Source: Callorhinchus milii (taxonomy: Eukaryota). Taken from it: a stretch of DNA of 64,000 nucleotides. Numbering within the stretch: the stretch's first letter is position 1; each line of letters begins with the position of its first letter. Where the stretch lies: contig NW_024704743.1 in NCBI RefSeq assembly GCF_018977255.1, forward strand, positions 95,482,001 to 95,546,000, written 5' to 3'. Under the pieces are notes generated by a model, which made no database searches, had not been told where the DNA came from, and saw only the letters and a program-made list of their open reading frames with translations. Positions 1 through 12,930 of the stretch are shown here, piece after piece. Position numbers and translations under genes: made by a program.

Positions 1-615
1 TAGATGAGCAGGAGTGAAGACAATGAGGGGAACCAAGAAGTATGGCTTCCGTCTTGTGTATATTCAGCTGCAGGAAGTTTGCACTCATCCAGGCCTTAAT
101 GTCTGCCAGACAAGCTGATAGAATATCAGCGGACCTGGAGTTGATGCTGAAGGAGGCAAAGTAGATTTGAGTGTGATCCTCATACATGTGGAAGTTTACT
201 CCATGCATTCGGATGACATCGCAAAGTGGGAGCATATGGATGAGGAAAGGAAGGGGGCCAAGGATGGAGCTCTGGGGTACCCCGCAGGTGACCGGGGCGG
301 GGATTGGAGGAGAAACCATTTGCTAAAATGAAGTGGAGGCGGTTGGTTAAGTAGGACTCGAACCATGCGAGTGCGGTCCCACTAAGGCGGATGAGGGAGG
401 AGAAGCGGTGGAGGAGGATGGCGTGGTCGACTGTGTCGAATGTGGAAGAGAAATCCAGGAGGACGAGGAGGCAAAAGGAAGTCCTCGTCACAGATAGAGA
501 GGACGTCGTTTGTGACTTTGACAAGCGCTGTCTCTGTGCTGTGGGCAGGGCAAAAACCAGACTACAGGAGCTCGAGGAGGAAGTGGAGGGAAAGGTGTGT
601 CCGAAGTTGACCTGA
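1..615 (-). mobile_element. L2-clade LINE ORF2 fragment (reverse transcriptase), decayed
   Basis: Minus-strand ORF 180..638 contains LLVLLDFSSTFDTVDHAILLHRFSSLIRLSGTALAWFESYLTNR, matching the L2 RT motif LLDLSAAFDTVDH...L.WF.SYL..R. Frameshifted; runs off the window edge. Confidence 0.9.
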
Positions 616-1564
616 GAGAAAACAACAACAACTTGCATTTATATAGCGCCCTTCAAGCGGGTTAGCATCCCAGAGCGCATAACCTGTCACATTCACTCAC
701 TCTCTCCTCTCGCTCACACTTTCTCACACAATCTAGAGTGAACAGCAAAGCACTCGGTTTAACATCTCATCCGAAGGACAGCATCTCTGAAAAGTGCTAC
801 CAACCTGAGCCAGACTCCATTCTCACCACATCTCAATGATTTATTTTAAAGCTTTTTTAAAAAAAATCTCCTTTATCTTCAGCCTTCATTCCTCCACCCC
901 CCCACCCCCAACTCAAGTGTGACTGAGAACTCAGTCTGCTAGAGTAGAATTACAACTTCAGAAATCTCATAGAAATCCTCCACATGAACTGCGGTCATGC
1001 AGAAAGTCCGGAATGAAACTGCTGAGCTGGGAAACGTACAATAAATATTTCTCAGGCACTACACACTTATCCCAGTCTAATTTCTATGCAAATTAATTAT
1101 ATTTCAGAAGTAAATTTCACGAGCTGACATGTTTTCCTTATTCAATAATAAACCTTAAGAAAACTTTAAAATAGAACCAAGCTGGCAAGATTCATTGAGA
1201 CATTGTCTCTCCCTTCACAGTTAATAAATACTTTCAAAATATTTACCCAGAAGAAAACTGGAGCTGTCAGCTAAGTACGAGATCCAGATGCAATCCCAGC
1301 AGGACACTACAGCCAGAGGTAAGAGAGGAAGCAGCACAAGCAAAGATAATGTGCCAAATGGAGCAAGCTAACAGTGGAAGTCATTTACATAACTTGGCTG
1401 CCACATTTCGTCCACAAAATATACAGTCAATTCACTTTACAGTATGTTCAGTGAAGCGCTTTGAGACGTCTCAAAGACGTGATAAGGTGCTATATCAAAT
1501 GCAAGGATTATTATTTTTTGATATTTTCTACCCTCATTAAGAACATGGTAAGTGTAGAAATCAT

Positions 1565-1900
1565 AATAATCCTCGCATTTGATATCACACCATACCATAG
1601 ATACATCTCAAAGCTTCACAGTATTTATTGTAAAATGTAATGGGTGAACACGGCAACCAATTTGCAGACAGTGATGTCCCACAAACAACTGAGAAGGGAA
1701 TGTCCAATTTTCTCTGGGGGATTGTTGGCCAACACACCAGAGAAATCCCTTCTCCTTTTGAATTGTGTCATGGAATCTTTCACGTCCACTACACTACAGT
1801 GCCAGCCTGATCCGTAAGCTCAAAGTCCAATATGGAGCTTGAAACCACAACCTTCTTGACTCACAGGGGAGAGTGCTAGCCACTAAGCCAGACTGACGCC
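1565..1900 (-). mobile_element. tRNA-derived DeuSINE-type SINE, decayed
   Basis: Reverse-complement of the family tail (ataataatcctcgcatttgatat), central domain (caatttgcagacagtgatgtcccacaaaca) and head (gcttgaaaccacaaccttc...gagagtgctagccactaagcca). Confidence 0.75.
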
Positions 1901-2513
1901 AACTATTCAAGTTATTTACCTAAGCGGTCTGTTGTTTTACCTTGACATTTGACCGATTTTCTAGCCTCATTAAGAACAAAACCAGAGGCATCATTATACA
2001 AGCAGAAAACAGCACTGGAAATTCACAGCACGTTGTTGAATATATGTATGTGTGTGAAAGAGAGAGACAGGTTACTGTTCCAGTTGTGACCCCTCACCAG
2101 CTCTCTTCTTATAATCAGCTGAGTTAGATGAACAATATGAGAGTCTGAGCTTTGACTATCTCTCTGTGGTTAAGCAAAGAATTTTCTTCTTAATTTCACT
2201 GGATTTCTACCATTGAACTGACAGCTCCAGTTCAAGTTAACAGCTGGTAGGTACTTTGAATGGCAAAGCATTCCTGTAGTGATTGACCAGGGCAGCACTG
2301 TTAGGGGCATACACCCACTTGATCACTGACTATCTAGGGCCTTAGGATGCCCTTCTGACGTGAAAGGCACTTTACAAATTAATTTGTTGTTGTTACTGCA
2401 GTTGATCCTTGTGACAGCAGAAGGCGTGGATATGCAAAGCTCTGCCTCAGTAGGGATGGATTAGATTGTTAGGAACAGGGAAGTTGGTGAATTTTTTTCA
2501 TATAACGTAGTTT

Positions 2514-2837
2514 GTGGAGTCCTGTAGCTCAGTGGTTAGAGCACTCGGTTTGCAAGCGAGAGACCTGAGTTCAATTCCAGGCAGGGCAAAACCTTGGGCA
2601 AGTATCCTTACTCCACACGCCTAATAATAATCCCTCCAAAAACCCAAAACAATAATAAATTGGTCATTTTCAATCTACGACTGTTTGTGGGACATTGCTG
2701 TGCGCAATTGGCTGCCGCGTTCGCCCACAAATATACAGTCAATTCACTTTACAGTGTGTTCTGTGAAGTGCTTTGGGACGTCCTCCCGACGTGAAAAGAG
2801 CTATATCAAATACAAGGATTATTATTATTATTATTAT
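2514..2837 (+). mobile_element. tRNA-derived SINE with Deu-like core and L2-like 3' tail
   Basis: Head GTGGAGTCCTGTAGCTCAGTGGTTAGAGC (A box) ... GAGTTCAATTCC (B box); core GGACATTGCTGTGCGCAATTGGCTGCCGCG; tail ending in (TTA)n. Many sister copies in the window. Confidence 0.85.
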
Positions 2838-3322
2838 AGTTTGATGGTTGAGGCAGAATCCAAACAGAGGAAAATGAGACTGAAACGATTGCGCTTAAAG
2901 GAGCCGGCACAAAAATAAGGGACTGGAAGTCTTTCTTCCGTACTGTAAATTTCTATGGTTCTATGGATTGCTGCCTGCTGAAGCAAGCCATATAATATGT
3001 GGATGATCAAGCAAGACTGTATATGTGGATGATCAAGCAAGACAGTACTTCTCTTGTGTGAACCACCTTACCATGCTGTCCCAGCCTAGATTGTGCAAAT
3101 TCAACATCCTGAAGTGGAATTCGAACACAAAAACTTCTGACTTAGAGGCGAGAGTGTTAACAATTATTAAATGGCAGGATTATTATTTTTTAGTGCTCAT
3201 CCAATATTCTTCCCCTCCCCCACCCCCCAAACAAGGATTAAATCTTGGACTTCCAGTTACTATATGGTTCACAGGAGTTTTCTGAACATTTACAACTGAG
3301 AGAATACATTTGGAGGAAGGAG

Positions 3323-4625
3323 CAACAACAACAAGATTTCATTTGTATAGCGCCTTTCACATCGGGAGGACGCCCCAAGGCGATGGACAGTGTACAGCAT
3401 TTCAGACCAGAGCTGGGATCAGGGAGGGAGAAGGGAGGGGAGGGGAAGGGGGTTGACCAATGGCATGGTCGAAGAGGAGGGTCTTGAGGCGGGAATTGAA
3501 GGAAGCTAAGGAGGGGGCAAGGGAGAGTGATTGGGGGATGGAATTCCAGAGGTTGGGGCAGAGTGGCTGAAGGCTCTCCCGCCAATGGTGGGGCGGGGGG
3601 GGGTTGGGGGATGTGGAGCAGGCCAGAGCCGACTGAGCGGAGGGAACGGGTGGGTTGGTAGGGGGTTAGGAGGTTGCAGAGGTAGGGTGGGAAGAGGCCA
3701 TGGAGGGCTTTGTAGGTGAGGACCAGGATCTCGAACTGGATCCCCTGAAGGATAGGGAGCCAATGGAATCAGTCAAGAATGGGGGGGATGGAGTCACGGA
3801 GTTTGGTGCGGGAGAGGACACGGGCTGCAGAGTTCTGGATTATCTGCAGCCTGTGGAGGGAGGAGTTGGGAAAGCCGACAAGCAGTGTGTTTGCATAGTC
3901 GAGCCTGGAGGTGATGAAGGCATGAACAAGAGTTTCATCGGCCTGAGGGGTGAGGTAGTGGCAGAGTCGGGCGATATTATGGAGGTGAGCGAAGGCAGAA
4001 CGGGTCATGGCTTGGATGTGGGGAAGAAAAGACAGTTGAGGGTCGAACAAGAGGGTCGAACCTAGGTTCCTGACTGGCTTGGTGAGTTGTAGTGTGCAAC
4101 CATGGAGGTTGATGCTGCCAGAGCCTGAGTTACTGAGGCGCTGGCGCGAGCCAATCAGGAGGTCCTCAGTCTTGTTCACATTCAACTGTAGGAAATTTGC
4201 CCTCATCCAGGACTTGATGTCCGACAGGCAGTCTGTCAGGACAGCAGTTGAGGGTGGAGGCAGAAAGATAGAGTTGGGTGTCATCCACATACATATGGAA
4301 GTTGACCCCATGTCTGCGGATAATGTCACCAAGGGGGTATATATAGATATTAAAGAGGAGAGGCCCAAGGACAGAGCCCTGGGGGACGTCAGACGTGACA
4401 GTGCTGGGGTTGGAGCAGAAACCGTTAGAGTAACAAAGTGGAGATGGTGAGAGAGATAGGATTCGAACTAGGCAAGGGCAGGTCCGTGAAGATTAAGTAA
4501 AGAGGAGAGGTGGTGTATGAGGATGCAGTGGTCAACAGTGTCGAAGGTGGCAGAGAGGTCGGGGAGGACAAGGAGGCAGAGGGAGCCCAGATCACAGATG
4601 TTCAGAATATCATTAGTGACATTTA
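3323..4625 (-). mobile_element. L2-clade LINE, 5'-truncated (RT C-terminus, 3'UTR, (TTG)n tail)
   Basis: ORF 3769..4368: LTDCLSDIKSWMRANFLQLNVNKTE...LVHAFITSRLDYAN.LL.G. The 3' tail reads CAACAACAACAAG...ATAGCGCCTTTCAC at 3323 on +. Confidence 0.92.
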
Positions 4626-4659
4626 GTGAGCACTAAATTACAATCCAATTTACATTGAT

Positions 4660-5541
4660 ATAAGCTAGGAAAAGTAGCAAACAGTGAGGAGGATAGTAGC
4701 AGACTGCAAATGGAGATAGACAGACTGGTAAAATCGGCAGACTTGTGGCAGATAATGTTTAATGTGGAGAAATGCGAAGTGATGCATTTTGGAAGGAAGA
4801 ATGAGGAGAGGCAATATGAGTTAGATGGTACAATCTTAAAGGGGGCGAAGGAACAGAGAGTCCTGGGGGTTCATATAAGTAAATCTTTGAAGGTGGCAGG
4901 ACAGGTAGATACAGCTGTTAAAAAAGCATACGGGATACAAGGCTTTATAAATAGGGGCATAGAATACAAATGGCAGGATGAACGTTTATAAAACACTGGT
5001 TAAGCCTCAGCTAGAGTACTGGGTTCAGTTCTGGGCCCCACACTTTAGGAAAGATGTTGAGGCATTGGAGAGGGTGCAAAGGAGATTTACCAGGATGGTA
5101 CCAGGAATGAGGGACTTCAGTTATCAGGAGAGCCTAGGATTATTCTCCTTGGAGCAGAGAAGATTAAGAGGAGACTTAATATAAGTTTTCAAAATTATGA
5201 AGGGATTCGATTGGGTGAACAAGAAGAAACTATTTCCACCTATAGGTGGGTCGGTAATCCGAGGACAGCAATTTAAAATAGTTGTTAAAAGAAACAGAGG
5301 GGAGGTGAGGAGAAATTTTTTCACACAGCTAGTTGTTTGGATCTGGAATGCATTGCCGAAAGGATGGTGGAAGACGATTCGATAACGACTTTTAAGAGAG
5401 AGGTAGGTGATTATTTGGGGAGGACAAGTTTGCAGGGCTACGGGGAGAGAGCGGGGGAATTGAATTGAACAGCTCTTTTCAAAGAGCTGGCACAGACACG
5501 GTGGGCCAAATGGCCTCCTTCTGTGCTGTATGATTCTATGA
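4660..5541 (+). mobile_element. CR1-clade LINE 3' portion, frameshifted
   Basis: Consecutive ORFs [79 protein letters not shown]; terminal TTCTGTGCTGTATGATTCTATGAT. Confidence 0.93.
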
Positions 5542-6309
5542 TAGCGCCTTTCTCATCAGGAGGGTGTCTCAAACGCTTTACGCAATTTGTTGGGGGGGGG
5601 TAGGGGGGTTGCTGAAGAGGCTGGTGGAGGGAGAGGTGGGTATTGTGATTAAATCAGGGGTTGGGGCAAGTGGGCTGGCTACTCTGGGACAGCCATGATG
5701 TGCAAAGCAGAGAATATCATTGTAGAGAGTGATTTTAGTGAAAGCTTGAGAGGGACAATGCCAATTTGTTAAATAAAAAATATACACAGCTGTCAGGAGG
5801 GGAGGAGAGTTACTTTGAGAAAAAAGATAACAAAAAAATAACAGCTCACTGGTGGCACAAGGGGATTACACTGGTGTGTACGGAGGGGATTGGAGCTCAC
5901 TGATCGGTACTTGTCCATCTTCACCTCTTGGTAAGTAATGGTGAATCAATATTTTTTTCCTTCTAGGGGATTTTGTGCCAGTAATTAGGAGCTGAAACAA
6001 TCTGGATTGAATAGTCAAAACACTCTGAAATAGAATCCCGCATGAAAGGCGCTATATAAATGCAAGTTGTTATTCTTTTGCTAACATACGCATGCCGTAC
6101 AGATAAATATCACCGGAGAGATGTGATTGAGTGATGAGCACCTCGGTGGTCCCCAACAGCACCGAGAGAGAATATTGCTCACCATCTCCACAGAGTTTCC
6201 TGATTTTCCCAGACTCTTCATCAGAATATAGTCAAGTACGATGAATTCTTGAGATGAGCATATTCAATCTATCGACCCTGAATTTACATTCAACATCTGA
6301 CAAGATTTA

Positions 6310-6600
6310 AACAGATAATTCATAAATAACTTGTAGGGTACAAGAAAGTTCCAACTGATGGGAATCAATGACTCATAAATAATGCAGTGATAGGAAATTA
6401 ATAAATGGCCTTTCATAAAGAACTTAGACTGAAGTGAATAAATGAACGTTCAAGCTTCCAAAAGAGAAACTAAATATTGCTGAAGAGCAAGATAAGTAAA
6501 TGATTGATTTTCTTAAAGTAATTGACTCATAAATTAATCAGTTAATTTATTTAAAAATCACTGAGGGAATCAAATCAATAAGTTGCTTCCTTCATTGGCT
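6310..6600. promoter_or_regulatory. Candidate enhancer / conserved non-coding element with homeodomain motif cluster
   Basis: Four TCATAAA (6320, 6373, 6413, 6527), TGATTGAT (6501) and duplicated TGACTCATAAAT (6369, 6523) in a repeat-free AT-rich block. Confidence 0.45.
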
Positions 6601-9229
6601 GCTGAACCAAACAGTGCCTGGATGAAAAATTCCTCCCCGCCTCCTGGCAGCAGACAAAAGCCAAATCACCAACAACACGGACTCCTTCACTTCACTCTTT
6701 TCTCCGTGCCACATCACCACATGGGCACCTATGATTACTATTAAATCAGATGGCTTTAATGCAGATCCTTGAAGGTCAAACTGATTATTTTCTTTAGAAG
6801 TAAGACACTACAGTATTTAATTACTGCAAATGCCATTTTACTCAATAATTCACTGCTGATTTCAGTCCCTGGTTTGTTCAATGTTCGTGTATGTGTATGC
6901 GTAAGCAGGAGCAGGGGGAAGGAAACACCACATTATCTACCATTATCTATTGAGCTGATTAACGTGGAGCACTTTGCGGCAGGAGGCTGATTCAATTAAC
7001 ATTTTGTAATGAACTCATGCTCTGAAATGCCAGCAATGGGTGACTTCACATGTTTTCACATCAGCAGGACACTGGCTTGAGAACCGACTTACAATAATAA
7101 TCCTTGCACTTGGTATAATGACTTATGATTTATCACGTTGTTGAGGTGTCTCAAAGTGCTTCACAAGATTTACTGTGATGTGTACAAACTATTTGTAGGT
7201 GAACGCGACAGTCAATTTGTGCAAAGCAATGCCTCACAAACATCTATGAAGTGATTAACTAATTTTATCTACATCTCATCCAAAGGATATAATGCAACGT
7301 GCTAAGAACATGTTGCACTATATGTGGAAATTATTGCCAATGCTCTTGGTAGTTCTTTCTACGATGGTGAAGGTACATTTCTGCTCTCAAACTCGGTCCT
7401 AACTTTGTTTAAAGCAACAGCACTGCTACGGCTGAGAGGCCAGAGCAGAGAAACAGACAATCTCCGAAAGAGTGTCACTGCATTCTGTTTCTCTAAATAC
7501 CCTTTTCTTTAATCAATCCCACTTTTCACATCTCTCCCCATATCCTTACATAGTTATACTGCTCAGGTGCTTATCCAGTCGGTTTTTCAACAATTCCATT
7601 GATCCAACTGCAATAGCCACCTGTGATAGTGAATTCTGAATCCTAGCAACTCTCTGAATGAAGAATTCCTTCTTGCCTGTTCAGCTAACAACCCTGAGAC
7701 TATGTCCCCTTGTCATAGATTCCCAAACAAAAAGAAAATGTATTTCCGCCATTGCAATGTCCTGCTTTTTCAACGTCTTGCCAGTGTGGAAATGTCAGGG
7801 TCCTTCAAAGATAGCAGTAATCCTCTTAGAAACTATAAATACTTGCAACCAATGGCCAGGCCACCATCCTAATGAGTGCAAATAAGTTGAGTTCTCAAAG
7901 TTTAAGGCTCAGGCTCTCGATACAGCCCAGTGTTTTTACACCCTAACCCTACTTTGACTGTTCTTGGAATTGTTTGTCTGAGCTACAATTCATAATTTGA
8001 AGTTGACAACCAGAGTCCTGCGCCCTATACATTTCTTACCTCGCCTAACTCCTACTCCATCTCTGTAAAGTGTTTTGAGACATTTAACAACCGGAAACCC
8101 TAGGTGAGGGACAGAACAAGACTGAGGAACTCTGGGATGGAGAGACTAGGGGCAGATAGGTTGAAAGCCGCTCCCAATGGTGGGACATGAAACAGGCCAC
8201 TATTATATAATAGTTTTTTCTCTTCCCCCTCCCCCCAACTGATGCTCCGTCTCTTCACAACACTGCAAGTGATAGAGCAGACTGTCAGACTCCAATTTAT
8301 CAACTGCTGGGAAATGGAAAAGGATAACTTGTAGCTTCTTTTCAATGGGTCTGCGCCATATTGCAAGAAAGATTGTGGTGAGGAAACACGGGAGGCAAAC
8401 ATACAAACGTTATCCAGAGAAAGCAAGTCTTACAGAAAGAAATCAGACACAACAAAGCAATGGACGATGAGCTCTTAGCAACAATACCAGAAGACAAGAA
8501 CTTTGTTGCCAAATGGCTTAAAGCCTAAAATTAGGGAAAACACTTGGGACATTTTGAGAATGAGGAAAATCTAAAAATACAATATACTATAATTTGCATT
8601 TATATACAGTAGCGCCTTTCAAGTCAGGAGGACATCTCAAAGTGTTTTACACAGCAAGCTGGGCACCCCAGCTGGAGTGGGGGTGGGGCAGAAAAGTTTT
8701 GCTGGTTGCCAAAGTCATTTCTGTGTGGTTTGTTCTGCTCCAAGAGTGGGTTAGACAACAGATAGAAAGCCAAATGCCTTCCTTTGCATGGAACTCAACA
8801 AGACATGGGCCTCAACTCATAAAACTTCTCGGAAAGCAGTGCTGAATATTGCTGTTAAAGTGCCAGGAGAACCTAATTATCAACAGCAGCAACTGCTGCT
8901 GTTGAAAGTAAATTTATGTGGTGTTTTGTTTGGGTTTATTAAAGTGCTACGTTACCAGCATGTGTTCCTTCTCCTTTTATGGAGTCAGAAGACTTGATGA
9001 TGCATTTTTCACAATCGCTCAGAGTAAATTTGAAGTTGGGAAACAATTTCCAGATGCGGTGAGAGTGAAAATTGCAGCATGTGATGGGATAATTGTCTCT
9101 TTGTTGGAAATTGCAGTCAAAACCAGGCAATAACTAAAATAAACATTCCCACATCAAACAACTTCAACAGTGTGACTTATTATAGGATTCACTGAGGAAA
9201 CACACTTTACTTCCCAAGATTCTAAGCAA

Positions 9230-9590
9230 TGATTGGACAAGCTAGAGCTGTTCAGTCTTGGGAGAATATGACTCAGAGGGGAAATCATAGAGGTGTAAAG
9301 GAGATTCAAAAAGTAAACCCAGATCAATACTTTAGGATGTATTATGACAGTAGAACAAGAGGACAGAGGTTTAGAGGTTGCAAAAGGTCATTTCAGGACC
9401 GATACCAGGAAGTTTTTCTTTTCATAGACGGTAATCAATGACTGGAACAATTTACCAGTAAAGGTGGTAGAGGCCAGGATTAATTTAAAAAAGAGCTCGA
9501 TGCAGTGATGGGTTATGGTGGGGTAGGTGTTCTGGAGGGATGAGATCAGATGGGCCAAAGGGCCTTCTTCATCCAGACCAATCTTGTGAT
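9230..9590 (+). mobile_element. Old CR1 3' fragment
   Basis: Decayed LFSL..R.LRG and RT RGH-like segments, with a terminal GATGGGCCAAAGGGCCTTCTTC typical of CR1 3' ends. Confidence 0.6.
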
Positions 9591-9919
9591 CCTTTTTTCT
9601 GTATTTATACTGCAGGTTTCCCATTCAGGCACCTTTCCGATATTAAATGCCTGACTGTGGTTCACAAAACTTACAGAAAAGTATAACATACTTGTAGCAA
9701 ATGGCAAAAAAAATGCCAATCAGTGTCTTCAAAAAACACCTTGTCTGAATGGTGGGAGGACTGGTCAAATAAATATCAATATGGATTTATTAGCATTGTT
9801 GATGTTATAAATAGAATAAGTACAAAGAAACAGGCAATTAAAGGTGGCTGTGCAGGTGGATTGTGAACAATACAATTTACATTTATATAGCACCTTCCAG
9901 AGTGAGAGGATGACTCAAG

Positions 9920-10500
9920 AACAACAACAACAAAATTACATTTGTATAGCGCCTTTCACATCAGGAGGACGTCCCAAGGTGTGGAACAGTCAGTGTTTCA
10001 GACCCGAGCTGGGGGTCGGTATCGGGGAGGATGGAGAACAGATGGGGGGAGGGGAAGGAAGGTGATTGAAGGCACGGTCAAAGAGACTTTGACTTTGACT
10101 GTCTTGAGACAGGTCTTGAAGGAAGCAAGGGAGGTGGTGAGGCAGAGGGACTACGGGATGGAATTCCAGAGGATAGGGGCAGAGCGGCTGAAGACGGGGG
10201 ACGTGAAGCAGGCCAGAGCCCACTGAGCGGAGGGTGCGGGCAGGATGGTAAGGGGTTAGGAGGTCGCAGAGGTAGGGGGGGAACGAGGCCATGAAGGGCT
10301 TTGAAGGTGAGTACTAGGGTATTGAACTGTATCTTCTGTGTGACAGGAAGCCAATGGAGTTGGGCGAGGATGGGGGTGATAGGGTCACGGAGCCTGGTGG
10401 GGGAGAGGACACGGGCTGCAAAGTTCTGGATTATCTGCAGCCTATGGAGGGAGGAGCTGGGGAGGCCGACAAGCAGGGTGTTTGCATAGTCAAGCCTGGA
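9920..10500 (-). mobile_element. L2 LINE 3' fragment
   Basis: (CAA)n tail at 9920; ORF 9990..10292 PPYLCDLLTPYHPARTLRS; homologous to 3323-3910. Confidence 0.88.
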
Positions 10501-12118
10501 TGTTATACACTTGCTTCACAATGATAAAGTTATTCACAATGCTGGATAGCCATCTGCAATGGGGGGAAGCTCCAGATCATAAAACAGATAAACCAAATTC
10601 TTAGCTTTATGTCTAGAGAGGATTGAATACGAAAGCAAGAAACTGTATAATACATTAGTTAGGCTGTAGTTATGTGCAGTTTTGGCATCTTAATTCAGGA
10701 CGTTTATAAGAGTAATGGTGCAAAAGGGGCAGTTTAGATACACTAAGACGTTACCAGGCAATTAAGAGAACTTGGGTCTTTGTTTCATTGGAGCAGAACC
10801 TTAAGGATAACAGGATGCAGTAGTAATACAATTATTTCTACTAGTCATTGAGTTAGTAAAGAGTGACAGAAGTTTAATCACAAAAGAAATCAAAGGTGAG
10901 ATTAAAAATAACATTTGTTAAACATTATTAAATGTTAACATTTATTAAGAAACATTATTCTAATAAGCAAAAGAAATAAATATTCAGAGGATGAGGATGG
11001 AGCAGAATGTTTCCACCTTCCCCCTTTGCAAGGCGGTTTTCATGGCAACGTTCTCAGAGTACTTGGCAAAATGCAGGTTGGGTTAGATGCAGGAAGCCTC
11101 TTAAGAAAAGCCATGTAGTTCACGCGAAGATGTTTGCTTAACAGATATAGGGATTTGCATTACATTTTTGAGCAGTTGCTGACAGTGCAAGTCAATTCTG
11201 TATTACTGCCAGACAGCTCACCTCTGTGTTACTTGTGTGTCTATCTAAATTAATGCTGTACCTTATCCAAAGCCTTAGGCTCTTGCCAATCTCCATCTAA
11301 ACTGGGGAGCTGGTTGCATTCCTCCGGTGGGTGCGCACTCCACACCAAACAAATAGAAATTTCCATAATTACTTGGAACTCTCACTAGTCTGGTTCGGAT
11401 ACTCTCAAGCATGGAGATGGGTTTCTACATGTCTCAGGCACTTGGTTGCCTAAACAAATAAATCCCCAGTCTCCAAGCTTCTGAAACATGTGCAGACACA
11501 CACCAAGTCTATATATGCCTTGTCCAATACTATTATGGAAACTGTTTTCAACACTGTGGGATCAATATAATCAAATTGGCAGGTCAGGCAAGCAAGAGCT
11601 TTGGAACAATTGCTCGTAAATAAGTGATATTGCTTAAGTAGCATGATAACTGATGGTGTGCTAAAAGCAGACTATTGCTTGCAACTCAACATGTGAAGTG
11701 ATAATCATCACACTACCCGCAATCATATTCAAAAGGGTTCAATGGTTATCACTGGCAAAATCCCTGAATTCAGCCTATTGAGTGGGCCAGCTGACATATT
11801 CTTCTGCTATCATTGACCTTAGCTCACTACCAAGGTTTTGCTGCTGGCCTCCGAGCACATGCTTCAGCGATCTCTTTCTCTCTTTCATATCCTTATTGCA
11901 GCAAAAATGCACTACCGCTCACAAATGAAAGATCGAGAAGCATTAGTTCAGCCCGAGCCTAGGACACAGTGCAGTCTGTTACCAGCCTCCTGCACTTTTG
12001 CTTTCAATCAAAGGCTTAAATGATCAAATTATTGTCATGAAAAATTAATAAGATTAACACATGAATGAAAAGCAGGCACCTCTGACGTCAGTGTTGATAT
12101 ACAGGGCAACCTGGTATT

Positions 12119-12321
12119 AATGTAGTCCTCTGGGTCCAATCTTTCAGAGGCTGGAGTGCACATGCGTAACATGTGACACTAGCGGCACTTCCTGCATATA
12201 CCACACAGGTGGAGTGCATGGGAAGTGACATCAGCAACACTCGATGACCCACAAGTTGGCCATTTTTTTGTCCTTCATTTATAACACAGCCTCTGAGAGA
12301 TTGGACACAGAGAACTACATT
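12119..12321. mobile_element. MITE-like palindromic element with 35-bp terminal inverted repeats
   Basis: 12119-12153 AATGTAGTCCTCTGGGTCCAATCTTTCAGAGGCTG vs reverse complement of 12287-12321 AATGTAGTTCTCTGTGTCCAATCTCTCAGAGGCTG (3 mismatches); inner inverted CACTTCC...GGAAGTG. Confidence 0.65.
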
Positions 12322-12528
12322 GTATCCTTTCCTTTTAGATTTTCCTTAATTCTTGATGGTCCTCAATAATGAACATGAATCTCGCAAATGAGGACATTTC
12401 CAGTAACGGTTAGCATGTCAAACAAAGGCAGTTCCTGCTGAGACAGCAAGTTCAACTGGATTTTTTGTTAAGAAATATCACAAATTGGACCTGGATATTC
12501 TTTGAATGAATGGGAAACATACAATATA

Positions 12529-12930
12529 CTCAGTTGGTGATATTCTTGCCCCTGAGTCTGAAGGCCGTGAATTCAAGCCCCGGATCAGGACTTTGAGTTC
12601 ACATAGTCTAGGCTGACAATAAACGCAATGCTGCGGGAGCTTTACAGAGGTGGTCAGAGGTGTCATTCTTCGGATGAGATATTAAACCGAGATCCCATCT
12701 CCCTGTTCAGGTAGACGTTAAAGATCCCATGGTACTCTTCAGAAAGAGAGGAAGTTTTTCCCGGTGTCCTGGTCAACAATTTCCCAGACAGAATTGGTCA
12801 TAGCTGTTTGGGGGCCATTGCTCTGTGTCAAAATTGTCAGCCAAGTTCTCCTTTTACAGTAATTCTTGTGAAGAGCTTTGAGATGTCTCGGCAAAGTGAT
12901 AAGGCGCTATATCAACCATAATAATTATTG
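12529..12930 (+). mobile_element. SacSINE1-like DeuSINE, near full length
   Basis: CTCAGTTGGT...CTGAGTCTGAAGG..GAATTCAAGCCC head; GGATGAGATATTAAACCGAG...AAAGATCCCATGG...CCGGTGTCCTGGTCAACAAT core; L2-like tail. Confidence 0.8.

Noticed and set aside
11036..11049. RFX X-box-like GTTTTCATGGCAAC
   Set aside because: Single imperfect motif with no supporting context.
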